Positions 10,504 through 19,998 of a DNA stretch of 64,000 nt are shown piece after piece. Position numbers and translations under genes: made by a program. The notes below the pieces were generated by a model. The model did no database searches. It was not told where the DNA came from and was given only the letters and a program-made list of their open reading frames with translations. How positions within the stretch are numbered: the stretch's first letter is position 1; each line of letters opens with the position of its first letter. This stretch comes from Candidatus Latescibacterota bacterium (GTDB lineage: Bacteria; Latescibacterota; UBA2968; UBA8231). The stretch spans positions 1,152,001 to 1,216,000 of the forward strand of contig OZ242318.1 of NCBI GenBank assembly GCA_965208105.1. The letters are read 5' to 3'.

Positions 10504-11505
10504 ATGAACCTGAGCAAAGAAGCCCTGCCGGCCTATCTGAAGCGCAAAAAGCTGTCACAGAGAGAAGCTCTGACCGTTCGCCAAATCGGCGACGGACAGA
10601 AGAACCTGATCTACCACGTCTCCGACTCGGAGGAAACCTGGCTCATCAAGCAGGCCCTTTCCAGGGTGCAGATCAAGGAGCGCTGGTGGGTGGACCGCCG
10701 CCGTGTCTTCGCCGAGAAGACCTGCATCGAGATCCTGGCGCAGATCCTGCCCCCTGACGTGATTCCGGATATAATCCTGGAAGACCGGACGGACTTCATA
10801 CTGGTCACCACTCCTCCGCCCAAGGACGCGGTGTGGTGGGAGGAGGATTTGAACAGGGGCCGGATCGACCTGCAGATAGCGGTGCAGTGCGGCGAGCTTC
10901 TGGCCACGGTCCACAACGAAACCATCGACAAACCGGATCTCCTCGCCCTATTCAAGGACACCAAGGCCTTCGAGCAGCTCCGTCTCGAACCTTTCTACGG
11001 CAAAGTCGGGCAGGCCTTCCCGGACCTTAAGAAGATCATCGACAATCAGGCCCGGAACCTGCTGAAGAACCGCCGCACCCTGGTTCTGGGGGACCTGCGG
11101 CCGCGCAACGTGTGGATCAACGCGGGCCAGGTCTACCTGGTGGACTTCGCCACCGTCCACTTCGGCAACCCATCCTTCGACCTGGCCCTCTACTCCGCCG
11201 ATCTGTGCATCCGGGCGATGCGCAACAGCATCCAGAAAGCCGCCTATCTGGAAGCGGTCAACGTCTTCTGGAACGCCTATTTCAGGATGGGGGAATACGA
11301 CGGGAAAGAGGAAACGGAAAAAAGCGCGGTGCGCGATCTGGGATGCCTGCTGCTCAGCGCCACCGACGGGCGCCTGCCCACCGCCAACCTGCCCCCGGAG
11401 ACCGAGAACCTGGCGCGCCGCATCGCCCAGAGCCTGCTCTTCACCGAACTCAACCGCATAGAAGACATCACCGAGTTCGTCAACCGCACCCTGATCGACG
11501 GCTAG
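10504..11505 (+). CDS. aminoglycoside-phosphotransferase / methylthioribose-kinase-like protein
   Basis: IGDGQKN loop, IKQA, QLRLEP, GDLRPRN, VDF motifs; ATG 5 nt after lipA stop. Confidence 0.7.
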   Translation: MNLSKEALPAYLKRKKLSQREALTVRQIGDGQKNLIYHVSDSEETWLIKQALSRVQIKERWWVDRRRVFAEKTCIEILAQILPPDVIPDIILEDRTDFILVTTPPPKDAVWWEEDLNRGRIDLQIAVQCGELLATVHNETIDKPDLLALFKDTKAFEQLRLEPFYGKVGQAFPDLKKIIDNQARNLLKNRRTLVLGDLRPRNVWINAGQVYLVDFATVHFGNPSFDLALYSADLCIRAMRNSIQKAAYLEAVNVFWNAYFRMGEYDGKEETEKSAVRDLGCLLLSATDGRLPTANLPPETENLARRIAQSLLFTELNRIEDITEFVNRTLIDG

Positions 11506-11626
11506 CCCGCCCACCGGAAGCCTCGGCAAGACCGCAACACCCACGGCAGAACTCCTGCCGGAAGACCACCTCGAACCCCTGCCCTGGCGGTGCGCCGGGA
11601 CGGGCGCCGGCGACTATCTCGCGGCC

Positions 11627-11792
11627 TAGTGTCCCGTCGCAGAGATAGGTTGACGCAATTGGGCCGCCGAGGCGCCCGGCTCACAAGACGCCTGAGCGAG
11701 TCGTACCAGTGGTGTACGGCGAGTGAAGGCAACGCCGTGAGCCGGGATGGATCGGCGGAAAAATGGCGACATATTTCTGCGACGGGACACTA
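11627..11792. mobile_element. MITE-like element (166 bp), TA-bounded terminal inverted repeats
   Basis: TAGTGTCCCGTCGCAGA ... TCTGCGACGGGACACTA (17-bp perfect IR including TA); internal IRs CCCGGCTCAC/GTGAGCCGGG and CGTAC/GTACG; second partial copy at 15235. Confidence 0.8.
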
Positions 11793-12554
11793 TCCTCCCG
11801 CCGCCTTCTGTTTGATGTGGCGCTGCAGGTCGACGCTGCTGGAGAGGATGTGGGCGCTCATCTCCTCCCTGGCTTCCTCCGGCCGGCGCTCCTCGAGGGC
11901 CGACAGGATCCTGCCGTGCTGGTTCAGAGACAGGCGCGCCCGCTCCCCTTTTCCGGGAGCGGTGGGCTGTGCCAGGCTGCCCTTGATCCATTCCTGCAGA
12001 TAGGCCCGCGTGGTGCCCAGGAGGCTGGCCAGAATGGAGTTCTGGGTCGCCTGGGCGATGAGGAGGTGGAAATGCAGATCGAACTCGAGAAAGCGGTCGG
12101 GCTCCCCCACCGCTCCCTCCATGCCCGCCAGGGCCCGCTCGATCTCGGCCAGGTCGTCCGCGGTGGCGCGTTGAGCCGCCAGGAAGGCGGTCTGGGACTC
12201 CAGGGTCAGGCGGGTCTCCACCAGGTCCTGGACTTTCTTGCGGTCGAGCAGAAAGCCCCACTGCAGGACCTTCTCCAGGTGTTTCCTGTTGTTGTTGCAG
12301 ACGAACGTCCCCTCGCCGACGCGCCCGTCGAGAATGCCCATGACCGCCAGCGAACGCAGCGCCTCCCTGAGGGACGTGCGCCCCACCCCGAAGGTCTTGC
12401 AGAGCTCCCTTTCGGCCGGCAGGCGTTCGCCGGGCTTGAGCACGTCCCGCGAAATGAGGTCGATGATCTGTTCCACGATTTCGTCACTCAGGGATGTCCG
12501 CGTGACGGGCTTGATGTCCTTGAGGTCAAGGTTGGACCTGAGCGCGACTCTCAA
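11790..12554 (-). CDS. GntR/FadR family transcriptional regulator
   Basis: LKPGERLPAERELCKTFGVGRTSLREAL wHTH; FCD domain (DLHFHLLIAQATQN). Confidence 0.93.
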   Translation of the reverse strand: MRVALRSNLDLKDIKPVTRTSLSDEIVEQIIDLISRDVLKPGERLPAERELCKTFGVGRTSLREALRSLAVMGILDGRVGEGTFVCNNNRKHLEKVLQWGFLLDRKKVQDLVETRLTLESQTAFLAAQRATADDLAEIERALAGMEGAVGEPDRFLEFDLHFHLLIAQATQNSILASLLGTTRAYLQEWIKGSLAQPTAPGKGERARLSLNQHGRILSALEERRPEEAREEMSAHILSSSVDLQRHIKQKAAGG

Positions 12555-12628
12555 TTCCAGCTTCTCCGTCGAGCAGGCATGGCCGGGGGGACCGGGGCAG
12601 GCCTGGAGAGAGAGAGGTAAATTTTCAC

Positions 12629-12656
12629 TTTACAAATCGGCTGAATTTGGTATTAT
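12629..12656 (+). promoter_or_regulatory. promoter of the methyl-transfer operon
   Basis: TTTACA (12629-12634), 16 nt, TGn-TATTAT (12651-12656) in an AT-rich divergent region. Confidence 0.6.
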
Positions 12657-12673
12657 ATTGGTCTGCTTGGAAT

Positions 12674-12684
12674 TGGTCAGACCA
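12674..12684. promoter_or_regulatory. FadR-subfamily operator palindrome
   Basis: TGGTC-A-GACCA perfect palindrome, fits the FadR/LldR/PdhR-type TGGT-N3-ACCA consensus; next to the divergent GntR gene. Confidence 0.75.
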
Positions 12685-12758
12685 TCGTCACATTTAAGAT
12701 TAGCGACCATTTATCCGGCTGTCAAGAAGAATTGGCGCCGTCAACAAGGACCTTGACC

Positions 12759-13388
12759 ATGGCCCGCACCGTCGCCATCGGCCAGCGCATCGAGCTGGTC
12801 TCCATGGACCCGCACTTCCACGATATTTCCATTGCCCTCTACCTCCAGGAGGGCGACGAGGGGCCTGAATACCTGGTCCACACCTACAGCGGCCGGGAGG
12901 GAGCCCCCCGGCGCATCGCATTCGTGAAGAGCGCCATGGCAACCCTCGGCGGCCTCCAGTTCACCGGGGCGGGACTGCTGCGGTTCCACTGCGGAGATCC
13001 GCACCTCCTGGGGATCAAGCGGGTGTTCCTCGAGGCCTGCAAGCTCGACTCCAAGACCGCAGTCGAAGCGCGCCCTTTGTCCATCTTCGACCGCAAATGC
13101 GGCCGCAACATCCTCGCCGTCAGTTGTGGGGGCGGGGTCTACCGAATCGTTGCCGAAGGAGGGGAAGAGGGCGCCGAGCGGCGCATCTCGGCCATTGCTG
13201 GAGGTCTGATCAAACTGGGAGAAATGGAGGACCGCCAGACCGACGAAGTGGCCTTTTCCTGCGGCGAAGCCCACGACGCCCTTGTCGGCCTGCTGCTGGT
13301 GCGGGCGCCCAACGTGCGGGCCGCCTTGCGCGAGCAGGAGGCAGCGGAGGCGCGCGGCACCCTTTCCGCTCCCAGCCAACAGAAATAA
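12759..13388 (+). CDS. hypothetical protein with two F-x-C-G-x-x-H motifs
   Basis: RBS AAGGA, GC3-rich frame, first gene after the promoter. Confidence 0.75.
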   Translation: MARTVAIGQRIELVSMDPHFHDISIALYLQEGDEGPEYLVHTYSGREGAPRRIAFVKSAMATLGGLQFTGAGLLRFHCGDPHLLGIKRVFLEACKLDSKTAVEARPLSIFDRKCGRNILAVSCGGGVYRIVAEGGEEGAERRISAIAGGLIKLGEMEDRQTDEVAFSCGEAHDALVGLLLVRAPNVRAALREQEAAEARGTLSAPSQQK

Positions 13389-13411
13389 TCCGCGCAGGAG
13401 AGGAGATGATC

Positions 13412-14461
13412 ATGGCAACCCAGACTGCAGCCCCGATGAGCCCGCGCCAGCGCGTACTGGCGGCCCTGCGCCGCGAGCCGGTGGACCGCACCCCCTGCTG
13501 CAATCCCACCTCGCTGGCCACGGTGGAGCTCATGGACCTGGTGGACGCCCACTTCCCGCAGGCCAACCGCGAGCCGGAGCTCATGGCGCGGCTGGCGGCC
13601 ACCGGACATACCGAGCTTGGTTTCGACAGCATCATGCCCGTCTTCACCATCATTCAGGAGTCGTCCGCCCTGGGGTGCAAAATCCAGTGGGAGCAGAAGG
13701 ACAACTGGCCCACGGTGAGGATGCGCGAGCCCATCTGGGAGGAACCCGACGACATCGCGATTCCGGCCGACTTCCTCACCCACCAGGACACCACTTGCGT
13801 TATCGAAGCCATCAAGATTCTCAGAAAGGAATTCGGCGACGAGGTGGCCATCGTCGGCAAGACCATGGGTCCCTGGTCTCTCGGCTACCACTGCTTCGGG
13901 GTGGAGCCGTTCCTGCTTATGTCCCTTGACGACCCGGGCAAGACCAAGCTCTGCCTCGACAAAATGAAGGAAATCACGGTGGACTTCGGCGTCGCCCAGA
14001 TCGAAGCCGGGGCCGACGCCCTGACCCTTCCCGACCACGCCACCGGCGACCTCGTCAGCGGCGAGTACTACGCCCGCTACCTGCGCGACCTGCACATCGA
14101 ATTCGTCGACCGCATTCCCATTCCGATCATCCTCCACATCTGCGGCCGCACCGTGGACCGCATGGATTACATCGCGCAGACTGGGATGGCTGCCTTTCAC
14201 TACGACTCGAAGAACCAGCCGGACGAATCCATGGAGGTGGTGAAGGACCGGATCTCCCTGGTGGGCAACATCAACAACCCTGAGACCCTCTTCTCCAAGG
14301 GCCCAGAGGACGTCCGCGGGGAAGTCTACAAGAATCTCGATTCGGGCGTGCAGCTCGTCGGACCCGAATGCGCCATTCCGCTGCAGACCTCCATCGAGAA
14401 CCTCAAGGAAATACCGCAGGCCGTGCGCGACTGGCACAGGGACCATCCGGCCGCCAATTGA
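13412..14461 (+). CDS. MtaA/CmuA family methylcobamide methyltransferase (UroD fold)
   Basis: MSPRQRVLAAL, GPWSL, QIEAGAD, LHICG, GNINN, PEC (Zn ligands H-x-C...C); RBS AGGAG. Confidence 0.88.
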   Translation: MATQTAAPMSPRQRVLAALRREPVDRTPCCNPTSLATVELMDLVDAHFPQANREPELMARLAATGHTELGFDSIMPVFTIIQESSALGCKIQWEQKDNWPTVRMREPIWEEPDDIAIPADFLTHQDTTCVIEAIKILRKEFGDEVAIVGKTMGPWSLGYHCFGVEPFLLMSLDDPGKTKLCLDKMKEITVDFGVAQIEAGADALTLPDHATGDLVSGEYYARYLRDLHIEFVDRIPIPIILHICGRTVDRMDYIAQTGMAAFHYDSKNQPDESMEVVKDRISLVGNINNPETLFSKGPEDVRGEVYKNLDSGVQLVGPECAIPLQTSIENLKEIPQAVRDWHRDHPAAN

Positions 14462-14481
14462 GCTTTAAAAGAAGGAACGAC

Positions 14482-15237
14482 ATGGCAGAAATCGCCGACA
14501 TAGAAAACGAGTTCATTCGCGCCGAAATCGAGGAATACATCGAGCGCCCCGACGAGATAGAGCGCCTGGTCGGCCTCTTCGCCGAAGCCAGCCCCGCCAT
14601 GCAGAACATCTCCGCCGCCCTCATCGACGGGGACAACGGCACCGTTGACGAGTTGACCAAGGAAGCCCTCGACGCGGGGACCGAGGCCCTGGAGATCATG
14701 GACGACGGCCTCATCGCCGGCATGGCGGTGGTGGGCATCAAGTTCCGCGAGAACTTCATCTTCGTCCCCGAGGTGCTGGCCTGCGCCCGCGCCATGAAGG
14801 CGGGCATGGCCTACATCGAACCCATCCTCTCGGCTTCGGGGGTCGAGCCCATCGGCACCGTGGTCATGGGCACGGTCAAGGGAGACCTGCACGACATCGG
14901 CAAGAACCTGTGCATCATGATGCTGCGCGGCGCCGGATTCGTGGTCCACGACCTGGGAGTGGACACCTCCGAGGACGAATTCCTGGATGCCATCGAGGAG
15001 CACGAGGCACCCCTCATGGGCATGTCGGCGCTGCTTACCACCACCATGCCCAACATGGGAAAGACCATCGAGGCCTTCATCGACGCCGACCTGCGCGACG
15101 ACGTCAAGATCATGGTGGGCGGAGCTCCCGTCACCCAGGAGTTCGCCGACGACATGGGGGCCGACGGCTACGGCAAGGACGCCCTCGCCTGTGTCGCCCT
15201 GGCCAAGGACTTGCTCGCGGAACCCGCAAGCGCCTAG
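14482..15237 (+). CDS. cobalamin-binding corrinoid protein
   Basis: GDLHDIGKN B12 motif, FVPEVL cap, SALLTTT, GGAP. Confidence 0.95.
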   Translation: MAEIADIENEFIRAEIEEYIERPDEIERLVGLFAEASPAMQNISAALIDGDNGTVDELTKEALDAGTEALEIMDDGLIAGMAVVGIKFRENFIFVPEVLACARAMKAGMAYIEPILSASGVEPIGTVVMGTVKGDLHDIGKNLCIMMLRGAGFVVHDLGVDTSEDEFLDAIEEHEAPLMGMSALLTTTMPNMGKTIEAFIDADLRDDVKIMVGGAPVTQEFADDMGADGYGKDALACVALAKDLLAEPASA

Positions 15238-15288
15238 TGTCCCGTCGCAGAGATAGGTTGACGAAATTGGGCCGCCGACGCGCCCGGC
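15235..15288 (+). repeat. truncated copy (left end) of the 11627 MITE
   Basis: 54 bp matching 11627-11680 with 2 mismatches; begins at the TAG stop of the corrinoid gene. Confidence 0.85.
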
Positions 15289-15406
15289 CGGCGAGGTGCA
15301 CGGGCGCGGTTATGAGGGAGAGACCGCACCGCGAAAATTGTCCCCGGGGGCCGTGAAGCTGGGCCTCTACTGATCCCCTGTGCGCTCTGAAACTGTTGGA
15401 AACGAG

Positions 15407-17314
15407 ATGCAGAAAATCGACGCGGAAGCCTACCGGAAGCGCATCGACAAGCTCAGCGAGATATACGCGGGAATCGCCGCCCACGCCGACGAGCAGGCCA
15501 CCTACCGCTGCCCCTACAAGAACCGCTTCGACGAGTGCACCGCCAAGTTCGGCTGCCGCAACCAGCGCAAGCCCGGCTCCCAGGGGGGCCTGCTCAGATG
15601 CGGCGGCGACGACAAGCTCGACTACCGCAGCGCCTGGGAGACCGAACCCGGCGCTCCGCCGGCCAGGGACGGGATAGAAGCGGGACCGGGCAGCATCCGG
15701 CACGACGGCGCCAGCCGGCCGCTGGCGGTGGGGCAGACGGTCTTCGACTACGCCGACGAGCTGGCCGTGCAGGTGCCCACCTCCTGCGGCCGGACCGGGC
15801 ACTGTCACGAGTGCATCGTCGAGATCAAGGAGGGGATGGAGGCCCTGAACGGGCGGACCCCGGACGAGTCTTTCCTGCAGGACAACTACAGGCTGGCCTG
15901 CCAGGCCCGGGTGGATGACGCCGCCATCGACGTGGAGTTCGCCCCCCTGCGCCGCACCCCCAAGATCCTCTCGATCAGCCGGGAAAAACCCATTTCCCCC
16001 GATCCCATGGTCACCCGGCGGGACGGCACGGTCTACTACGGCGACGAAGCCGTCGACTCCTACCGCGGCCACCTCTACGGCCTCGCCGTGGACCTGGGCA
16101 CCACCACCGTGGTCCTCAACCTGGTTGACCTGGAGAGCGGCCGCACCCTCCACGTCAGCTCCTTCGAGAACCCGCAGCGCTTCGGTGGAAGCGACGTGAT
16201 GCACCGCATCTCCTACGACGGCACCTATCCCGGGGAACTGGGGCAGGCCATCGTCAAAGCGCTCAACCACGAGATCGTGGCCATGGCCCGGCGGCTCGAA
16301 TTCACCCGCCAGGAAATCTACGAAGTGGTCGTCGCCGGCAACTCCACCATGCGCGACATCTTCTTCGGCCTCGACGTCCAGAGCATCGGCCAGAAACCCT
16401 ACAAATCCCTTGTCGAGCACGACTACCTCGAAGGCAGGCGCAAAACCACCGCCCTGGTCGAGAAGACGCGGCGCCTGGGGCTGCGCGCCAACCCCGCCGC
16501 CCGGGTCTACGGCATGCCCCTGATCGCCAGCCACGTGGGCGCCGACACTGCCGCGGACCTGGTGGCCATCGACATGGAGTCCCAGGAAGAGGTGGTCATG
16601 CTGGTGGACGTGGGCACGAACACCGAGGTGGTGGTGGGCCACCGCGGCCGCCTGTTGACCGCCTCCTGCCCCGCCGGACCCGCCTTCGAGGGCGGCCTGA
16701 TCACCTATGGCATGCCCGGCTACGAGGGGGCCATCGAATCCATCCGCCTGCGCGGCGAACGCTTCGCCTGCCGCACCATCGGCGGCCTCGAGCCCCAGGG
16801 CATCTGCGGCTCCGGCCTCATCGACCTGCTGGCCGAACTGCGCCGCCACGAGCAGATGACCCCCAAGGGGGTGTTCTCCGGCAAGAGGTACGAACTGACC
16901 GTCGTTCCCGAGCGCAACATCACCTTCTCGCGCGCCGACGCCAGCAATCTCGCCCAGGCCAAGGCGGCCAACTACTGCGGCCAGCTCATTGTGCTGCGCC
17001 ACTTCGGGATCGACCCGCACGAGGTGAGCAAGCTCTACCTGGCCGGGGGCTTCGCCTACTACGTCGACGTGCCCAGCGCGGTCGAGATCGGGTTTCTGGC
17101 TCCGGTGCCCGAGGAGCGCATCGTCAAGATCGGCAACGCCGCGGTCCAGGGCGCCCGGGAAGTCCTGCTGTCCAGGGGGCGCCGCGAGGCCATCGAATCC
17201 CTGGTCAAAACCGTGGAGCACGTCGAGCTTGAGACCACCCCCGACTTCTTCGAGATCTTCGTCGAAGGTTGCCAGTTCAAGCCGATGCCCCCCCCTTCCA
17301 CCGTGTCGAACTGA
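15407..17314 (+). CDS. ASKHA/DUF4445 reductive activator of corrinoid proteins (RACo/RamA-like) with 2Fe-2S domain and extra Cys-rich N-terminus
   Basis: SCGRTGHCHEC...RLACQ ferredoxin; DLGTTT, DVGTNTE, AGPAFEG, GICGSG. Confidence 0.9.
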   Translation: MQKIDAEAYRKRIDKLSEIYAGIAAHADEQATYRCPYKNRFDECTAKFGCRNQRKPGSQGGLLRCGGDDKLDYRSAWETEPGAPPARDGIEAGPGSIRHDGASRPLAVGQTVFDYADELAVQVPTSCGRTGHCHECIVEIKEGMEALNGRTPDESFLQDNYRLACQARVDDAAIDVEFAPLRRTPKILSISREKPISPDPMVTRRDGTVYYGDEAVDSYRGHLYGLAVDLGTTTVVLNLVDLESGRTLHVSSFENPQRFGGSDVMHRISYDGTYPGELGQAIVKALNHEIVAMARRLEFTRQEIYEVVVAGNSTMRDIFFGLDVQSIGQKPYKSLVEHDYLEGRRKTTALVEKTRRLGLRANPAARVYGMPLIASHVGADTAADLVAIDMESQEEVVMLVDVGTNTEVVVGHRGRLLTASCPAGPAFEGGLITYGMPGYEGAIESIRLRGERFACRTIGGLEPQGICGSGLIDLLAELRRHEQMTPKGVFSGKRYELTVVPERNITFSRADASNLAQAKAANYCGQLIVLRHFGIDPHEVSKLYLAGGFAYYVDVPSAVEIGFLAPVPEERIVKIGNAAVQGAREVLLSRGRREAIESLVKTVEHVELETTPDFFEIFVEGCQFKPMPPPSTVSN

Positions 17315-17331
17315 CCGACGGCCGCATCTCC

Positions 17332-18933
17332 ATGACCACCTCCACCAAACCCGTTGCCGGTGCCTGGCACAAGTCGACCCTGCGCCACCTGCTCACCGAA
17401 ACCGACACCTTCGTCACCTGCGTCGAGCTGGTCACCTCGCGCGGCATCATCACCGAGCGCAGCGGCCGCCGCATCCTGGAGCTGGCGCGCCGGCTCGCCG
17501 AACATCCCCAGGTCCACGCCCTGAGTATCACCGACAACCCCGGCGGCAACGCCATGATCGGCGCCGATACCATGGGGACCGATCTCATCTCCCGCGGACA
17601 GGAGGTCATCATCCACCTCTCCTGCAAGGACTGGAACCGCAACGCCCTGCAGAGCCGCGGCTGGCAGTTGGCCAGCGAGGGGTTCGACAACGTCCTTGCC
17701 CTTTCCGGAGACTACCCCATCGACGGCTACCAGGGCCAGGCGGGGGGCGTCTTCGACATCGACTCGGTGGGCCTGCTGGAGATGTTCGCCTCCATGAACG
17801 CCGGCCTCCGCGCGCGGGGCGCCCGGCGCAGGAAGGCGCGCATGAAACGCACCCGCTTCTTCCTGGGGGCGGTGGTCAACAACCACAAGCTCCACGAGCG
17901 CGAGGTGATGCCGCAGTACTTCAAGCTGGCCAGGAAAATCGAAAGTGGAGCGGACTTCATCATCAATCAGATCGGCTACGACAGCCGCAAGCAGGACGAG
18001 CTGCTCAAGTACATGGCCTGTCGCGGCCTGGAGGCGCCGGTGCTGGGCAACGTATACGTGCTCAGCGGTCCCGCGGCAAGGGCCTTCAACTCCGGCCGCA
18101 TCCCCGGAGTGGTGGTGAGCGACGAACTCCTCGCCCTGAGCGAAAAGCACTCCGGCGGCGCGGACAAGGGCAAAGCCTTCTTCCTCGAGCTGGCGGCCAA
18201 GCAGTGCGCCGTCGCCAAGGGCCTGGGCTACCGCGGAGTCTACCTGGGGGGAAACCTGAGATACGAGGACTACGAGAGCGTCCTGGAAACAACCGCCGGA
18301 TTCGGGGACGGCGACTGGAAGGATTTCGCCCGGGAAATAGGCTTCAGCCTGCCCGGGGAGTTCTTCTTCTTCGAGCCGGAAGCGGGGACCGGCCTGAGCT
18401 CCACCGAGATCAGCCGCGCCTACCTGGACTCGAAGGCCCCGGAGTCCCTTGCCCGGGCGAGGCGGGGCGTCCCGCTGAGCTACAAGATCAACCGGGCGGT
18501 GCACGAGAAGGTCTTCGAAAAGGGGAGTTCGGGCTTCCGCGCCGGCAGGAAAATCTACGACCGCCTCGAAAAGGCCCGACCCGGGGTGCAGAAGCTTGCC
18601 CACGGCATGGAGCATGCCCTCAAGATAGCCGCCTTCGACTGCCGCGACTGCGGCGACTGCTCCCTGCCCGACATCGCCTATCTCTGTCCCGAGTCCCAGT
18701 GCGTCAAGAACCAGCGCAACGGTCCCTGCGGCGGCACGCGCCAGGGTCTCTGCGAGATCGGCGAAAAAGAATGCATATGGGCCCGCGCCTACGACAGACT
18801 CAAGGCCTTCGGAGAGGAGGAAGAGATGCTGGACCGGCCGGTTGTCTTCAAGAACGGCGCCCTCAAGGGTACCAGCGCCTGGGCCAACACCTTCCTGGAA
18901 CGGGACCACCACGGCGAACGCGAAAAGGAATAG
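17332..18933 (+). CDS. metF: methylenetetrahydrofolate reductase with fused C-terminal Cys-rich (MetV-like) domain
   Basis: ITDN, HLSCKDWNR, LALSGD, KIESGADFIINQ; C-terminal CRDCGDC...CP...C...GPCGG...C...CIW. Confidence 0.85.
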   Translation: MTTSTKPVAGAWHKSTLRHLLTETDTFVTCVELVTSRGIITERSGRRILELARRLAEHPQVHALSITDNPGGNAMIGADTMGTDLISRGQEVIIHLSCKDWNRNALQSRGWQLASEGFDNVLALSGDYPIDGYQGQAGGVFDIDSVGLLEMFASMNAGLRARGARRRKARMKRTRFFLGAVVNNHKLHEREVMPQYFKLARKIESGADFIINQIGYDSRKQDELLKYMACRGLEAPVLGNVYVLSGPAARAFNSGRIPGVVVSDELLALSEKHSGGADKGKAFFLELAAKQCAVAKGLGYRGVYLGGNLRYEDYESVLETTAGFGDGDWKDFAREIGFSLPGEFFFFEPEAGTGLSSTEISRAYLDSKAPESLARARRGVPLSYKINRAVHEKVFEKGSSGFRAGRKIYDRLEKARPGVQKLAHGMEHALKIAAFDCRDCGDCSLPDIAYLCPESQCVKNQRNGPCGGTRQGLCEIGEKECIWARAYDRLKAFGEEEEMLDRPVVFKNGALKGTSAWANTFLERDHHGEREKE

Positions 18934-18953
18934 TAAAACTGGGGAACCATGCA

Positions 18954-19988
18954 ATGAAACCTGAAGGCCTCGACAAGGAATTCATCATCATCGGCGAGAA
19001 CGTCCACACCACGCGCATCCTCCTGCGCAAGGGCAAGCTCGTCACCACCAACCCGGACGGAGTCGAGTCGGTGCGCTTCTACGACTCGAACAGGAAACGG
19101 CGCTACCTGGCCATTCCAGCGAATGTCCAGCGCTCCCAGGACTACGAGGAGGGACGGGTCAAGCACGTCAAGATCGCCATCCAGGCCGCCATGGGCGGCG
19201 GCCCCGAAGCGGCCACCGGCATGGACTACCTCAGGCGCCTGGTCGAGCGCCAAGTGGCGGCGCGAACCGACTTCCTCGATCTCAACGTGGACGAAATCTC
19301 CCTGAAGCTGGAAGACCAGAAAACCGCCATGCAGTGGCTGGTGCGCACGGTGCAGGACATGTGCTCCATCCCCCTTTCGGTGGACTCCTCCAACATCGAG
19401 ATCATCGCCGCGGGCCTCGAAGCCGCCGCCGGCAACGGACGCCGCAACATGCTCAACTCCGCCTCCCTGGAACGCCTCGAGGCCCTGGACCTCGCCCACC
19501 GCTACGATTCCCGGGTCATCGTCACCGCGGCCGGGGCGGCGGGCATGCCCCAGAACGACGACGAGCGCGTCGACAACGCCACGCGCATGGTGGAGGCGGC
19601 GCTCGGCAAGGGCATCGCGCTGGCCGACATCTACGTCGATCCCTTGATCTTTCCCATCTCGGTGGACGGGGAGAACGGCAACTACAGCTTCGAGGCCATG
19701 CGCCGCCTGCGCGCCGATTTCGGCCCGGAGATCCACATAAGCGGAGGATTCAGCAACGTTTCCTTCGGACTTCCCTGCCGCCGCCTGGTCAACGACGTCT
19801 TCATGAATCTCGCCGTGGAGGCCGGCGCCGACAGCGGCATCGTCGACCCGGTCACCAGCGGGCTCGACGAGGTTTTCCGCATGGACCGCGGCTCGAGGTC
19901 CTACGAGCTGGCCGCCGACCTGCTGCTGGGCCGGGACCAGTACTGCAGGAACTTCCTGCGCGCCTACCGCAAAGGCGAACTGCAATAG
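18954..19988 (+). CDS. pterin-binding methyltetrahydrofolate:corrinoid methyltransferase (AcsE / MetH pterin domain-like)
   Basis: IIIGEN, LDLNVD, PLSVDSS, LNS, VDPL, GGFSNVSFGLP. Confidence 0.85.
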   Translation: MKPEGLDKEFIIIGENVHTTRILLRKGKLVTTNPDGVESVRFYDSNRKRRYLAIPANVQRSQDYEEGRVKHVKIAIQAAMGGGPEAATGMDYLRRLVERQVAARTDFLDLNVDEISLKLEDQKTAMQWLVRTVQDMCSIPLSVDSSNIEIIAAGLEAAAGNGRRNMLNSASLERLEALDLAHRYDSRVIVTAAGAAGMPQNDDERVDNATRMVEAALGKGIALADIYVDPLIFPISVDGENGNYSFEAMRRLRADFGPEIHISGGFSNVSFGLPCRRLVNDVFMNLAVEAGADSGIVDPVTSGLDEVFRMDRGSRSYELAADLLLGRDQYCRNFLRAYRKGELQ

Positions 19989-19998
19989 GAGCGGACCC

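Noticed and set aside
17229-18953. N-terminal 575 aa of the 919-aa ORF, suggesting a giant fusion or overlapping gene
   Set aside because: Arg/Pro/Gly-rich off-frame shadow of metF; the real gene starts at ATG 18954.
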